From Minisyncoccota bacterium (GTDB lineage Bacteria > Patescibacteriota > Minisyncoccia > UBA6257 > GWB1-50-10), in the NCBI GenBank assembly GCA_041917695.1, contig JAYRXE010000037.1:222905-286904 (forward strand): a stretch of DNA of 64,000 bases, given 5' to 3'. Below are positions 9,240-18,679 of this stretch, piece by piece. Numbering within the stretch: the first letter of the stretch is position 1; the number at the start of each line of letters is the position of its first letter. Both the position numbers and the translations under genes were made by a program. Below the pieces are notes generated by a model that searched no databases, was not told the DNA's origin, and saw nothing but the letters and a program-made list of their open reading frames with translations.

Positions 9240-9779
9240 ATGGAATCAATGGACCGCCGTGAACGTATTGTCGTCATTGCCGCGTTATGCGTCTTTCTCG
9301 CCATCATCGCGTTCGGTATTTACTACAAAATGTGGGGGGGCAAGCCCTATACGGGGCCGCTTGAGGAAAACCAATTCACGAATGAGCTTACGCCGAACGA
9401 ACTGCTGAATCTCCAGGAAAACAAATTCACGCCTGAAGTGCCGAAGAACGCGACGGAGACAACTCCGCAGGCCGAAGCTCCCGCCGCGCCGAATGTCTCG
9501 GCCAAACTCGGTTTTTACGATATCGATATGTCGAAAGACGGCTTTTCGCCCTCGTCCGTCGCGGTGAAACGGGGGAATTTGGTGAAGCTCCGCGTGACGG
9601 CCGTAGACGGCGATTACGATTTCGTGATTCCGTATCTTGAAATGTCGGTCTCGATAAAGAAAGGGGAGACGCGCCAGGTTTCGTTCCAGGCGGACGCGGA
9701 AGGCACGTTTCTCTTCGAATGTTCGACAGCGTGCCCAAGCAATAAGAAGATAAGCGGCATGCTGGTCATGATTCCCTGA
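9240..9779 (+). CDS. Membrane-anchored cupredoxin-like domain protein.
   Basis: N-terminal transmembrane helix, then a beta-rich C-terminal domain ending FLFECSTACPSNKKISGMLVMIP. This has a cupredoxin-like pattern but no canonical His ligands. Confidence 0.55.
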   Translation: MESMDRRERIVVIAALCVFLAIIAFGIYYKMWGGKPYTGPLEENQFTNELTPNELLNLQENKFTPEVPKNATETTPQAEAPAAPNVSAKLGFYDIDMSKDGFSPSSVAVKRGNLVKLRVTAVDGDYDFVIPYLEMSVSIKKGETRQVSFQADAEGTFLFECSTACPSNKKISGMLVMIP

Positions 9780-9819
9780 TTTTCCCGCTTCTTTTCTGTT
9801 ATAATTTTATAGATAGCAC

Positions 9820-12078
9820 ATGAATCGAAAGAGATTCCGGCAGATCGTCGTTTTTCCCGTATCCGCGTTCGCGCTCTTCCTTATCGGCGCGAGCCTTGTT
9901 TTTGCATTTAACGGCCCGACTAACTCTCCCGGGGTGGGGAGCGGAGCGTTCACGATAGACGGCAACGGCAACGTCGGCATCGGCAGTGCGACGTCTACCC
10001 CAACCACGGGCAGTTTTGGAGCGGTCTTCGGCGTCTCTTCAACGACGAATCCGGCATTTTATTTGAAGAATCCCGGCGGCAGGGGATTCGTGCTGTATTC
10101 GAACACCGCTTCGACGAGTTTCGCCATTTTTGACGAGACGGCGGGAGCAGACCGACTTTTCATAAATTCCTCCGGCAACGTCATCGTTCCCGGCAATATT
10201 ACCGCGACGGCTTTTGTCGGAACGCTTTCGGGAGACGTCTCCGCGGCGAACGTCACTTCGGCCGTCTTTGGGTCGCTTCAAGGCAATGGCGCATTCGCTT
10301 TTCCCGGTTCGCTCGGTATCGCAACCTCGTCAAAGACGGGTCTTCCGCAGGAACTTTCCGTGTACGGCACGGGATATATCCGCGACGGCCTGGGCGTCGG
10401 CATCGCAAGCCCCACGAGCAAAGTACACGTCTATTCGACCTCAACCGCTTTCGACGCGCTTCTTGAGACCTCCGGAGGCATGAAGACGGCCGTTGGCATT
10501 GACACGACCGGCGGTTACGCGGGAACCACCTCGAACCATCCGTTCCGCCTTTTTTCGAATAACGCCGAAAAATTGCGGGTGGCGACCTCCGGCAACGTGG
10601 GTATCGGAACGACGACCCCCGCCTACGCGCTCTCCGTTTCGGGAGAGATATACGCGACTGGTTCTTCGACTGCCGCCGCCTTTTGTCTTTCCGGTTCGTG
10701 CCAGACTTCTTGGACGGGCATGGGCCAGTGGACGAGCGTCACGGGCGGCATCTACTACATGGCGAACGTTTCCGTAGGCACTTCGACGGCAACCGCCTAT
10801 CCGCTTTTGGTTTCCACCTCGACCGATTCGCTTTTTGCGATCCGCCGTGCGGGTTCCACGTATCCGACCATCTTCAAACAGGGGACCGACGGCGTCCTCG
10901 TCGTGAATAATGCCAACCTCGATACATTAACCCTTAAGGACGGTTCGGTCGGTATCGGCGTTACGAGTCCCGGACAGAAGCTTGCAGTCGCTTCCTCAAG
11001 CGGCATCAGCGTCGACGTGACGGGCGGGCGTATCGTGAATCTCGGTGCCCCGTCTTCGGGAAGCGATGCCGCGACGAAGACCTATGTCGACAACGCCGTC
11101 GTGGGCGCGGTGAATTATTTCGCGCTTTCCGGCACGAATCTGTATCCGACCTCGACGACGTACGATCTCGGCGTGGGAACGACGACGCCGAGTTACAAGA
11201 TAGACGCGGTGGGAGATGTGAACGCGAGCGGAGCCTACCGTATCGCGGGCGCATCCGCCCTTGAAATCACGGGCGGACAGCTCCGTGTCGGAACGTCCTC
11301 GGCCATCACGTCGCTTGCACTTCACACGGGAGGCACCCAGCGGTTGGTAATCAATTCGTCGGGGCAAGTCGGCATCGCCTCATCGTCGCCGGGGTACGGT
11401 CTCGTCGTCGAAGGCACCTCTTATTTCTCCCAGCCGGTTTTCGTCGGTACGCCGACGAACCCCAGCCACGCGGCGACAAAGACCTACGTTGATTCGCTTT
11501 TTGTGGACGGAAGCTTCACGACGCTTACGGTTTCGGCGACAACGACGCTGAACGGTACGACTACGGTAAACGGAAACTGGAACTTGGCGGGTGCCGCGCT
11601 CGGAAACATAAATTTGAACAGCAATAACATCGTGGGCGTGAACAAGCTCACTGTTTCGACAATCGACCCGGTGTATGAGATCGCGGGGCGGAAATACGCC
11701 ACGTACGTCTCCGACACCATCGGCTTGAAGATGGAGGCCTATGGCAAGGGCCGCCTCGCTCCCGCGCACGGTTCCTATGAATACTCACTCGATTTCGCGA
11801 ATGCCCGCGAAGGCAGCGAATTGTGGCTTTTCTGGCAAACCGCAAAGGAAGGCGCGGATATGGAAGACATCGTGCTTACACTCACCGCAGAAGGCGGTAA
11901 AAGCCCGTTGTGGTATGAGCTTCGCCCTGCAGAAAAACGGATTGTCGTGAAGGGCGACGCGCCGGTCGCGTTTTCGTACCATATCGTGGCGCCCCGCCAT
12001 GACGCGGGCGAGTGGCCGACCGTCATAACGCCGGAGCATGACGACGGGAGTCGTCCGACCAGGCTGAAACTCCGCTAG
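9820..12078 (+). CDS. Giant secreted repeat protein, paralog of 4831..7434 (tail-fibre-like repeats).
   Basis: Signal/anchor (MNRKRFRQIVVFPVSAFALFLIGASLVFA). Same GTNLYPTSTTYDLGVGTTTPSY, SYFSQPVFVGTPT..HAATKTYVD motifs and the same C-terminal IDPVYEIAGRKYATY domain. TATAAT at 9801-9806 lies just upstream. Confidence 0.8.
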   Translation: MNRKRFRQIVVFPVSAFALFLIGASLVFAFNGPTNSPGVGSGAFTIDGNGNVGIGSATSTPTTGSFGAVFGVSSTTNPAFYLKNPGGRGFVLYSNTASTSFAIFDETAGADRLFINSSGNVIVPGNITATAFVGTLSGDVSAANVTSAVFGSLQGNGAFAFPGSLGIATSSKTGLPQELSVYGTGYIRDGLGVGIASPTSKVHVYSTSTAFDALLETSGGMKTAVGIDTTGGYAGTTSNHPFRLFSNNAEKLRVATSGNVGIGTTTPAYALSVSGEIYATGSSTAAAFCLSGSCQTSWTGMGQWTSVTGGIYYMANVSVGTSTATAYPLLVSTSTDSLFAIRRAGSTYPTIFKQGTDGVLVVNNANLDTLTLKDGSVGIGVTSPGQKLAVASSSGISVDVTGGRIVNLGAPSSGSDAATKTYVDNAVVGAVNYFALSGTNLYPTSTTYDLGVGTTTPSYKIDAVGDVNASGAYRIAGASALEITGGQLRVGTSSAITSLALHTGGTQRLVINSSGQVGIASSSPGYGLVVEGTSYFSQPVFVGTPTNPSHAATKTYVDSLFVDGSFTTLTVSATTTLNGTTTVNGNWNLAGAALGNINLNSNNIVGVNKLTVSTIDPVYEIAGRKYATYVSDTIGLKMEAYGKGRLAPAHGSYEYSLDFANAREGSELWLFWQTAKEGADMEDIVLTLTAEGGKSPLWYELRPAEKRIVVKGDAPVAFSYHIVAPRHDAGEWPTVITPEHDDGSRPTRLKLR

Positions 12079-12104
12079 TCGTTTGCTATAATTATTCTGA
12101 ACTC

Positions 12105-12710
12105 ATGACGAAACAGCAGAAGATAATCTTTTCCGTTTCCGCGGGCGTTGTCGTCCTCGCCATCATCGGGTATTTGGCGTACACGGGAAACTACAAAGAC
12201 CTGCTTGATTACAAGGGCCAGCAGGGAACCGAGACGCAGGTGCGTCTTGATAACGGAGAACTGGTGAACGCGGTCGTGGTTGCGACGGGAACCTCGGCGA
12301 TCACCGAAAGCGGCAAGGTGGTGAATATCGCGACCGGCCAGGTGGCGAACAACAGCGAAGAAGCGGGGAAGCCCGGCGCGCCCCAGCAATCAAACCCCGT
12401 CTCGAAAGAGCAGATTCCTCCGACCGTCATCAAGCTCACGGCATTCATGGGAGGTTTTACGCCGAACACCTTTGATGTCCGCGCGGGAGATCCCGTTTCG
12501 CTTTCGCTTACGGCAGGCGACGATCGCGTATACGTCTTCGCCTTTGACGACGTTTCCCTTTCCGGCGTCCGCGTCGGCGTCGGTCCCGGCATCGACCGCA
12601 CGCGCATCATCGTTTTCAACGCGCCGAGTGCGAAAGGCGAATATACGTTCTATTCCGACGTGCCCGGTCAGCGAAACGCGGGGCTTGTCGGGAAAATGAT
12701 CGTCCGCTAA
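12105..12710 (+). CDS. Membrane-anchored cupredoxin-like domain protein, second copy.
   Basis: N-terminal transmembrane helix, Gly/Pro linker, C-terminal GEYTFYSDVPGQRNAGLVGKMIV. This is a cupredoxin-like pattern with Cu ligands replaced. Same position relative to the giant protein as 9240..9779. Confidence 0.55.
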   Translation: MTKQQKIIFSVSAGVVVLAIIGYLAYTGNYKDLLDYKGQQGTETQVRLDNGELVNAVVVATGTSAITESGKVVNIATGQVANNSEEAGKPGAPQQSNPVSKEQIPPTVIKLTAFMGGFTPNTFDVRAGDPVSLSLTAGDDRVYVFAFDDVSLSGVRVGVGPGIDRTRIIVFNAPSAKGEYTFYSDVPGQRNAGLVGKMIVR

Positions 12711-12718
12711 CCCCTGCA

Positions 12719-12748
12719 AAGCCCTTCGGGGCTTTTTTGTTTTCGGTA
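12719..12748 (+). terminator. Rho-independent terminator.
   Basis: aaagcccttcggggcttttttgtttt: GC stem, TTCG loop, T-run. Confidence 0.6.
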
Positions 12749-12758
12749 TACTGTACCT

Positions 12759-14090
12759 ATGAGGAAATTGTTCCATCTTTCGAGACGCGCCGCACGGCAC
12801 GCCTTTCGTTTCCTTACCTCGCCCGGTTTTATCGTCTTTCTCGGGATTTCATTCCTCATCCTGGTATTCCTTTTCGGGGGACGGAATCTCATCCGTTCCT
12901 GGACGCGCGCTTTCTTCGCCGAGCGCGGATTCCAGAATCTTGAGCGCCTCGCTCCCTCGGTTGCGACCCGCGAGAACGGGGAGAATTTGCTCGCTTCGAG
13001 CTTCTCCGACCTTTTTTCGGGAACCGGCTGGATAGATTCCGAAAAGACGAATCTCTACCGTGACAATCGTGCGGAGGCGGTCCTGTGGGAACCGGCTTTT
13101 TCCTGGAACCTTTCGGGCGCAAAAACCGAATCTTTGACTTCAAAAGAGTGCATCGGGAATCGCTGCGCCGAAATCTCGGGAGGGAACCTTGTGTTGTACG
13201 GTGCACGCGTCGTTTTGCCCCGCGCGCTGGAATACGACAGCCGGAAGCTTGCTCTCCACGCAATGCGGGATGCGTGGCTTGTGGGCGGAGTCGTCGAAGA
13301 AAAAGGCGAGTGGAAAGGGTATCTATATTCCTTCGACGGCAGGGAATTTACGCCGCTGTGCGGCGGAGCCGTCTTTACCTCGCAGTACGAGGCTTCGCCG
13401 GGTCTCGGCGGTGACGATGCGCGCGCCCTTTTCCTCTACGGAGCGTACGAGGGGAAGGCGATTGAGGTTTGGCAGAACAGGTGCGAGGACGTTTCGCGGC
13501 TCTTTGGCATACGCCTTATGGACGAAGGGTTTGACCCGGTCATCATCCGTCCCGAGGGAACGGATTGGTTCGTATTTTCCCGCAACGGCTCAAAACGGGT
13601 TTTCATAAAAGCCTTTCCGGATTCGGCGACCGGCGCCATTGCCGGCACTATCGATCTCGGCGCGTATCTTCGCCGGGAAGGTATGAACGGCATTGCGTTT
13701 CGAGGCGTGCGCGGACAGGATGGCGCGCTTGCGGTTTCGCTTCTTGTGGAAGACGGAAAAGAAGAGAGCGGGTTTTGGATTGACCGGGGCTTTAGCGCCG
13801 CGAATCGCGGGACTATAGCGTCGCGCAATTTGAATACCTATCCGGGAAGCCTTACGCGCCGCGCAACGATTGTTTCAGCCGATTTGTATCCCGGGAGCAC
13901 GTCGCCGGAATTGTATCTCTCGAATAATGGAAGGGATTGGACGCCTGCGCGAATCGGCGAGGAAGTGGTTTTTAAGGATAAAAACGGCAAAGAGCTCTAT
14001 TGGAAGGCTGATTTTCCGAAAGGCTCGGGAGATGTGAGCCCTTACCTGAAGCGTATTCGGGTGGACTTCAAGGTGCTCCAAAACCCCTAA
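12759..14090 (+). CDS. Hypothetical membrane-anchored protein.
   Basis: 443-aa ORF with an N-terminal transmembrane segment (FIVFLGISFLILVFLFGG). Coding-like composition, no recognisable motif. TATACT -10 directly upstream of the ATG. Confidence 0.55.
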   Translation: MRKLFHLSRRAARHAFRFLTSPGFIVFLGISFLILVFLFGGRNLIRSWTRAFFAERGFQNLERLAPSVATRENGENLLASSFSDLFSGTGWIDSEKTNLYRDNRAEAVLWEPAFSWNLSGAKTESLTSKECIGNRCAEISGGNLVLYGARVVLPRALEYDSRKLALHAMRDAWLVGGVVEEKGEWKGYLYSFDGREFTPLCGGAVFTSQYEASPGLGGDDARALFLYGAYEGKAIEVWQNRCEDVSRLFGIRLMDEGFDPVIIRPEGTDWFVFSRNGSKRVFIKAFPDSATGAIAGTIDLGAYLRREGMNGIAFRGVRGQDGALAVSLLVEDGKEESGFWIDRGFSAANRGTIASRNLNTYPGSLTRRATIVSADLYPGSTSPELYLSNNGRDWTPARIGEEVVFKDKNGKELYWKADFPKGSGDVSPYLKRIRVDFKVLQNP

Positions 14091-14152
14091 AGGCAGCTGG
14101 CTTATGCACAGTTGGCGTGGGGCCGGAAGTGTGATAGACTTTTCCTACAAAC

Positions 14153-14190
14153 AAAAAACGAGCGTGTGAGGCGCCCGTTTTTTGTTTTAT
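14153..14190. terminator. Bidirectional rho-independent terminator between convergent genes.
   Basis: aaaaaacgagcgtgtgaggcgcccgttttttgtttt: A-run, imperfect GC stem, T-run. Confidence 0.5.
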
Positions 14191-14267
14191 TTTTCCGAAT
14201 TTGATTCAACCTCCAATTTTTTAAAAAGATATAGTAATAATTTTGGAAATGATTCTCCGCATTTCGT

Positions 14268-14867
14268 CTAAATGCGCCTCTCGATCGCTCCTTTCAACGT
14301 CTCGCTGTCGGCAAATTCAACCGTGCCACCGGTGGGAAGGCCGCGCCCGAGGCGGGTGATTTTCGGCACAACGCCCTGGAGGCCGAGCTTTAACGTATCG
14401 GCGAGTGTGTCTCCAAACGTGTTTTGCGGAAGGGCGATGATGATTTCCCGGATAACCCGTTTTTTCTCCGTTATAGCCGCCTTAAACGCCTTCAGACGGT
14501 TCTTTTGCACGTCGGTGAGGATTCCGTTATGCGGAGCGTCACCCACGACCAGATAGAGGCCTTTATAGGCGCGGGACTCCTCCATAGCCTCTATATCAGT
14601 CTCCTTTTCAACCACGGCGACGAGGCCCGGGTCGCGGGACTTATCCGTGCAGATGGAGCAAAATTCCTGCGTTTTCGGTTTCAGGCCGAAGCAGTAGGGG
14701 CAGGGATTCACTTCGCCGAGCGAAAGGAATGCCTCGTGGAATTCCTTGAATTCTGCAGGGCTGAGGGTCGCGATATGCAAGCCGATGCGTGCGGCAAGGC
14801 GCGGGCCGACCGAGGGAAGTTTGGAGAATTTCTGGACGAATTTTCTGATTGAGGATGGCAGCATCAA
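14268..14867 (-). CDS. recR: Recombination protein RecR.
   Basis: LPSVGPRLAARI helix-hairpin-helix, C4 zinc finger (CPYC...CSIC), Toprim-like C-terminus, 199 aa. Confidence 0.9.
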   Translation of the reverse strand: MMLPSSIRKFVQKFSKLPSVGPRLAARIGLHIATLSPAEFKEFHEAFLSLGEVNPCPYCFGLKPKTQEFCSICTDKSRDPGLVAVVEKETDIEAMEESRAYKGLYLVVGDAPHNGILTDVQKNRLKAFKAAITEKKRVIREIIIALPQNTFGDTLADTLKLGLQGVVPKITRLGRGLPTGGTVEFADSETLKGAIERRI

Positions 14868-16204
14868 TATTCGCTCGTATGGTGTTTGTCGATATTGTGG
14901 AAGCTCACGAGTTCGCCGTCGAAGCGGAGCTTCACGGTGCCCAAGGGGCCGTTGCGGTGTTTCGCGATGATGATCTCGGCGACGTTCTGTTCCTCGGGCG
15001 GAAGGTCAACGCGTTCGCGGTCTTTGCGATAAATGAAAAGCACGACGTCCGCATCCTGTTCGAGGGAGCCGGATTCGCGCAGGTCCGAAAGGCGGGGAAT
15101 CTTAATATCGCGCTTGTCGACGTCGCGGGAGAGCTGGGAGAGGGCGAGGACGGGAATATCGAGCTCGCGGGCGAGCGCCTTCAATCCGCGGGAAACTTCC
15201 GTAACCTGCTGGACCATGTTGTCGCTGTTCGTGCGCGGGGCGGCAAGCTGAAGGTAGTCGATGACGACGAGATCGAGATTTCCCTGTTCAAGCTGGAGAC
15301 GGCGCGCGGCGGAGCGCATTTGAAGCACAGTCGGTGACGGCGTGTCGTCGATGAAGACTTTCACGTTCGCCAGCTTGTCGTACGCTTCGTTGATGAGCAT
15401 GATTTCCTGCTCGGAAAGCTTTCCCGTGCGGAGGCGCCAGAGGGGAATCTTCGCCTCGCTTGCGATGAAGCGGTCGACGATCTGCTCGCGGCTCATTTCG
15501 ATGGAGAAAATGGCGACGGAACCGCCGTTCATGGCGACGTTCCGCGCGATATCGAGCGCGAGCGCCGTCTTACCGTACGACGGGCGTGCGCCGAGGATAA
15601 TAAGGTCTGAACGCTGAAGTCCCGAGAGGATGTTGTCGAGGCCTTCATAGTAGGTCGGCGTGCCGCGCAACGCGTCCCCGCGCTGGAGCCGTTCGATGCG
15701 CTCATGGGCCTTTGCAAGCTCGCTTTTGATGTGCACGAAGCGCTGGGGTCGGGAGCGTTCGGAAATTGAAAAGATGCGCTTCTCGACGGAATCGAGAAGC
15801 TCTTCAAAGTCGGCGTGCTCGAACGCCGTTTCGTTAATTTCGGACGAGGCCTGGATGATGTTCCGCCGAACGCTCTTTTCTTTGACGATATTCGCATAGT
15901 GCTCGACGTGCGCCGCGGTCGGCACTTTGTTGATGAGGTCGGCGAGATATTCCGTTCCGCCCGCCTGCTTCAGCTGCTTCTCCTTCTTCAAGTGCGCGGA
16001 GACCGTCACGATGTCGATGGGTTCGCTCTTTTCAAAGAGCGTCAAAAAAGCCTCGAAGATGAGGGCGTGCGAGGGATGGTAGAAATCTTCGGGCGTGATG
16101 ATGTCGACGATCTTCGCGATGGCGAAGTTGTCGAGCATGCACGATCCGAGGACGGAAACCTCGGCCTCCAGGCTTTGCGGAGGGATTTTTGGGTTTGAAG
16201 GCAT
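14864..16204 (-). CDS. dnaB: Replicative DNA helicase DnaB.
   Basis: Walker A GARPSYGKTA, DnaB N-terminal domain PPQSLEAEVSVLGS, RecA-like core, 446 aa. ATGA overlap with recR. Confidence 0.9.
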   Translation of the reverse strand: MPSNPKIPPQSLEAEVSVLGSCMLDNFAIAKIVDIITPEDFYHPSHALIFEAFLTLFEKSEPIDIVTVSAHLKKEKQLKQAGGTEYLADLINKVPTAAHVEHYANIVKEKSVRRNIIQASSEINETAFEHADFEELLDSVEKRIFSISERSRPQRFVHIKSELAKAHERIERLQRGDALRGTPTYYEGLDNILSGLQRSDLIILGARPSYGKTALALDIARNVAMNGGSVAIFSIEMSREQIVDRFIASEAKIPLWRLRTGKLSEQEIMLINEAYDKLANVKVFIDDTPSPTVLQMRSAARRLQLEQGNLDLVVIDYLQLAAPRTNSDNMVQQVTEVSRGLKALARELDIPVLALSQLSRDVDKRDIKIPRLSDLRESGSLEQDADVVLFIYRKDRERVDLPPEEQNVAEIIIAKHRNGPLGTVKLRFDGELVSFHNIDKHHTSEY

Positions 16205-16210
16205 ACGGGT

Positions 16211-17674
16211 TTAAGCGATGAGTTTGCGGACGTGGGCGCCGAGCGGCGTGTCCGATACCTCATATCCTAACCCATGCATTTTTTTTCTCAACGCGTCGGC
16301 CTTAATAAACTGTTTATTGTGCCTGCATAACTCCCGTTCCGACGCCATTTTGAGTATTTTGGCCGGAATTTGAGGTTTTTCGTACCCGATGCCGAGCACT
16401 CCAAGGAGTTCGAGGAGGGCTGCAAGGGCCTTTTCCGCGTCCTTTTTCGCCATAGTAAAGACTGACGGCTGGATGAACCGGATAGTTTCAAAGACGCCCG
16501 CAAGCGCCTCGCCGGCGGAAAAATCATCATCCATCGCGGAAATGAATTTCGCCCGCATCTGAGCCAGTTGGACCTTCACGCGGGAAGGGGAGAGAGTCGC
16601 CTTTTTCGGCGGATTCCCGCTTTGGGAAACAAAGTGAAGCGCGTCAAGAAATGAGTAAAGAGTTTCAAGCGTTTTTTCCGCCTGTTCCTCGGTTTCTTCA
16701 GTGAAATTCATCGGGGAGCGGTAGTGGACGTTCAAAACCGCGAGGCGGAGGGCATTTGCCCGCCGCGCGCGGCGGTGGGCGCCCTTTCCGAGAAAATCTT
16801 CGACCGTCACGAAATTCTTGAGGCTTTTCGACATCTTCTTGCCGTCCACGAGGAGGGAACCCACGTGGAGCCAGTGTTTCACGAACGGCGTTTTTCCCGA
16901 AGCCGCTTCCTGCTGGGCGATTTCCGCTTCATGGTGCGGGAATTTGATATCGACGCCTCCGCCGTGCATTTCGTATTGCGGGCCGAAAAATTTTCCGGTG
17001 ATGGCGGTATCTTCGATGTGCCAGCCGGGACGTCCCCATCCGAGGGGCGTATTCCACGCCGGTTCGCCTTGTACGATGGCGCGGGAAAAAATCCGCGCCT
17101 TTTTCTTCGCCTCCACGAATTTCCAGAGGCAGAAATCCGCTTTATTCCGCTTTTTCACGCTCTCGTCTATTCTCGTAACCGAATCTTCGGCCTCGGCCGC
17201 CGTTCGGCGGGAAAGCGCGCCGTAGCGCGGGAATTTTGAAACGTCGAAGTACCAGCCGTCTCCGGGAATCATATAGGCGAACCCTTTTTTGACGAGCGAT
17301 GCTATCTGTTCGGCGATTTCCGGAATGTGCTCCGAAGCGCGGGCGAAAACATCAACCGAGTCCGCGTTCAAGGCGGCCATCATGTCCTTGAATTCCCGCT
17401 CGAATTTCGCGGCGAGTTTTAGCGGGTCAGTTTTGCGCTCCCGCGCCCGCGCGATGATGCGGTCGTCCACGTCGGTTATGTTTTCCAGATAGACGAGCGG
17501 GAAGCCCTTGAAGCGGATATAGCGCGCGATGACGTCGAACGTGAGATACGTCCGTGCGTGGCCGATATGCGCCGAGTCGTAGACAGTCGGACCGCAGACA
17601 AAAAGCCGCGTCGGGCGGGCCTTTGAAAGTTTCAAATCCTCCTTTTTGCCGGAGAGCGTGTTGTAGGCTTTCAC
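16211..17674 (-). CDS. cysS: Cysteine--tRNA ligase.
   Basis: HIGHAR and KMSKS motifs, Zn-binding CGPT, 487 aa. Confidence 0.9.
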   Translation of the reverse strand: MKAYNTLSGKKEDLKLSKARPTRLFVCGPTVYDSAHIGHARTYLTFDVIARYIRFKGFPLVYLENITDVDDRIIARARERKTDPLKLAAKFEREFKDMMAALNADSVDVFARASEHIPEIAEQIASLVKKGFAYMIPGDGWYFDVSKFPRYGALSRRTAAEAEDSVTRIDESVKKRNKADFCLWKFVEAKKKARIFSRAIVQGEPAWNTPLGWGRPGWHIEDTAITGKFFGPQYEMHGGGVDIKFPHHEAEIAQQEAASGKTPFVKHWLHVGSLLVDGKKMSKSLKNFVTVEDFLGKGAHRRARRANALRLAVLNVHYRSPMNFTEETEEQAEKTLETLYSFLDALHFVSQSGNPPKKATLSPSRVKVQLAQMRAKFISAMDDDFSAGEALAGVFETIRFIQPSVFTMAKKDAEKALAALLELLGVLGIGYEKPQIPAKILKMASERELCRHNKQFIKADALRKKMHGLGYEVSDTPLGAHVRKLIA

Positions 17675-17678
17675 GAAT

Positions 17679-18623
17679 TTATGGGCTCCAGTTCAAAATG
17701 ATGCTCGTAATCTCGGGTGTCTCCTGGGTGAGCGTGCTTTGGAGCTTCACCTTGTAGCGGAGATACCGGTAATTCACAAAATCGTTCTTGTTTACGCAGA
17801 TGGCCTTGTTCGGCTGGGCACATCCGACGCCGCCCGAGGGGGAAGTGTCGCAGGCCGCGCCGTAGTAATCGCTTGAATTTCCCGACGGTCCTTTATAGCT
17901 CCAGGGCCCCGTGTCGCTGTTTGAAGCCGCTATCTGGAATGATACGCACGATTCGGCGCCGGGGGAAGTTCCTTGCCAGACGACGGCGTTCAAAAGGCTG
18001 CCTTCGGTTTTCTGCGTATCGAACACGGACGATTCGAGATAACCGACGGAGCTCGTGGCGCGCCAGTCGGTCACCACCTTATAGTTCGACGTTCCGCATC
18101 CCGAATAGTTTGAGCAGTTGAAACTGATCCAGCCGACGACGTCGTTCCACGCATATCCGCTGAAGTTTCCGTTCGAGTCCACTTGCACCTTGTAATTCGA
18201 CGTGCCGCATATGGACAGGTCGGAACAGTTGAAACTGATCCAGCCGATTTGGTCGTTCCATGCCCAGCCGGAGAGGATGCCTCCCGCATCCGCATTCGGG
18301 CAATTCGCCGACGAGTCCCTCCCGCCGGGGCCGTTGCAAATGCCGTAATAGGCATTCCCCGAGGAGCAGATGTTTCCGTTCGGGCTCGTGGCGCAATCGA
18401 GCGAGACGTGCCCGAACGAGCTCGATGCATAGCCCGTCACTTTCGTATTTTCCACGTTCACCGTGTTCGTGCCGTAGAAATCCCACCAGCCCGTCATATC
18501 TTCCCACGAGTAGCGCTCGCCGGCGTTCGATGAAATGTTCGTCGTCGCGTGCGCCGCATATCCTGCGCCGAGGACGGCTATGCCGGCGACAAAAAGAAAA
18601 ATAATGCGGGACGCGCCTTTCAT
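17679..18623 (-). CDS. Secreted Cys-rich protein with internal tandem repeats.
   Basis: Signal peptide (MKGASRIIFLFVAGIAVLGAGYAAHA). Two tandem copies of GW(A)WND..GWISFNCS..CGTSNYKV. Many Cys and Asn/Ser residues. Confidence 0.7.
   Translation of the reverse strand: MKGASRIIFLFVAGIAVLGAGYAAHATTNISSNAGERYSWEDMTGWWDFYGTNTVNVENTKVTGYASSSFGHVSLDCATSPNGNICSSGNAYYGICNGPGGRDSSANCPNADAGGILSGWAWNDQIGWISFNCSDLSICGTSNYKVQVDSNGNFSGYAWNDVVGWISFNCSNYSGCGTSNYKVVTDWRATSSVGYLESSVFDTQKTEGSLLNAVVWQGTSPGAESCVSFQIAASNSDTGPWSYKGPSGNSSDYYGAACDTSPSGGVGCAQPNKAICVNKNDFVNYRYLRYKVKLQSTLTQETPEITSIILNWSP
18065..18272. repeat. Intragenic tandem direct repeat, about 105-bp period.
   Basis: cagttgaaactgatccagccga...gtcgttccatgc occurs twice (around 18113 and 18225). 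It encodes the repeated GWISFNCS..CGTSNYKV unit. Confidence 0.6.
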
Positions 18624-18679
18624 GCGATTATTATATCAATAATATCCCTGCTTTCTAAGGAGTATAATGGAACCATCGG

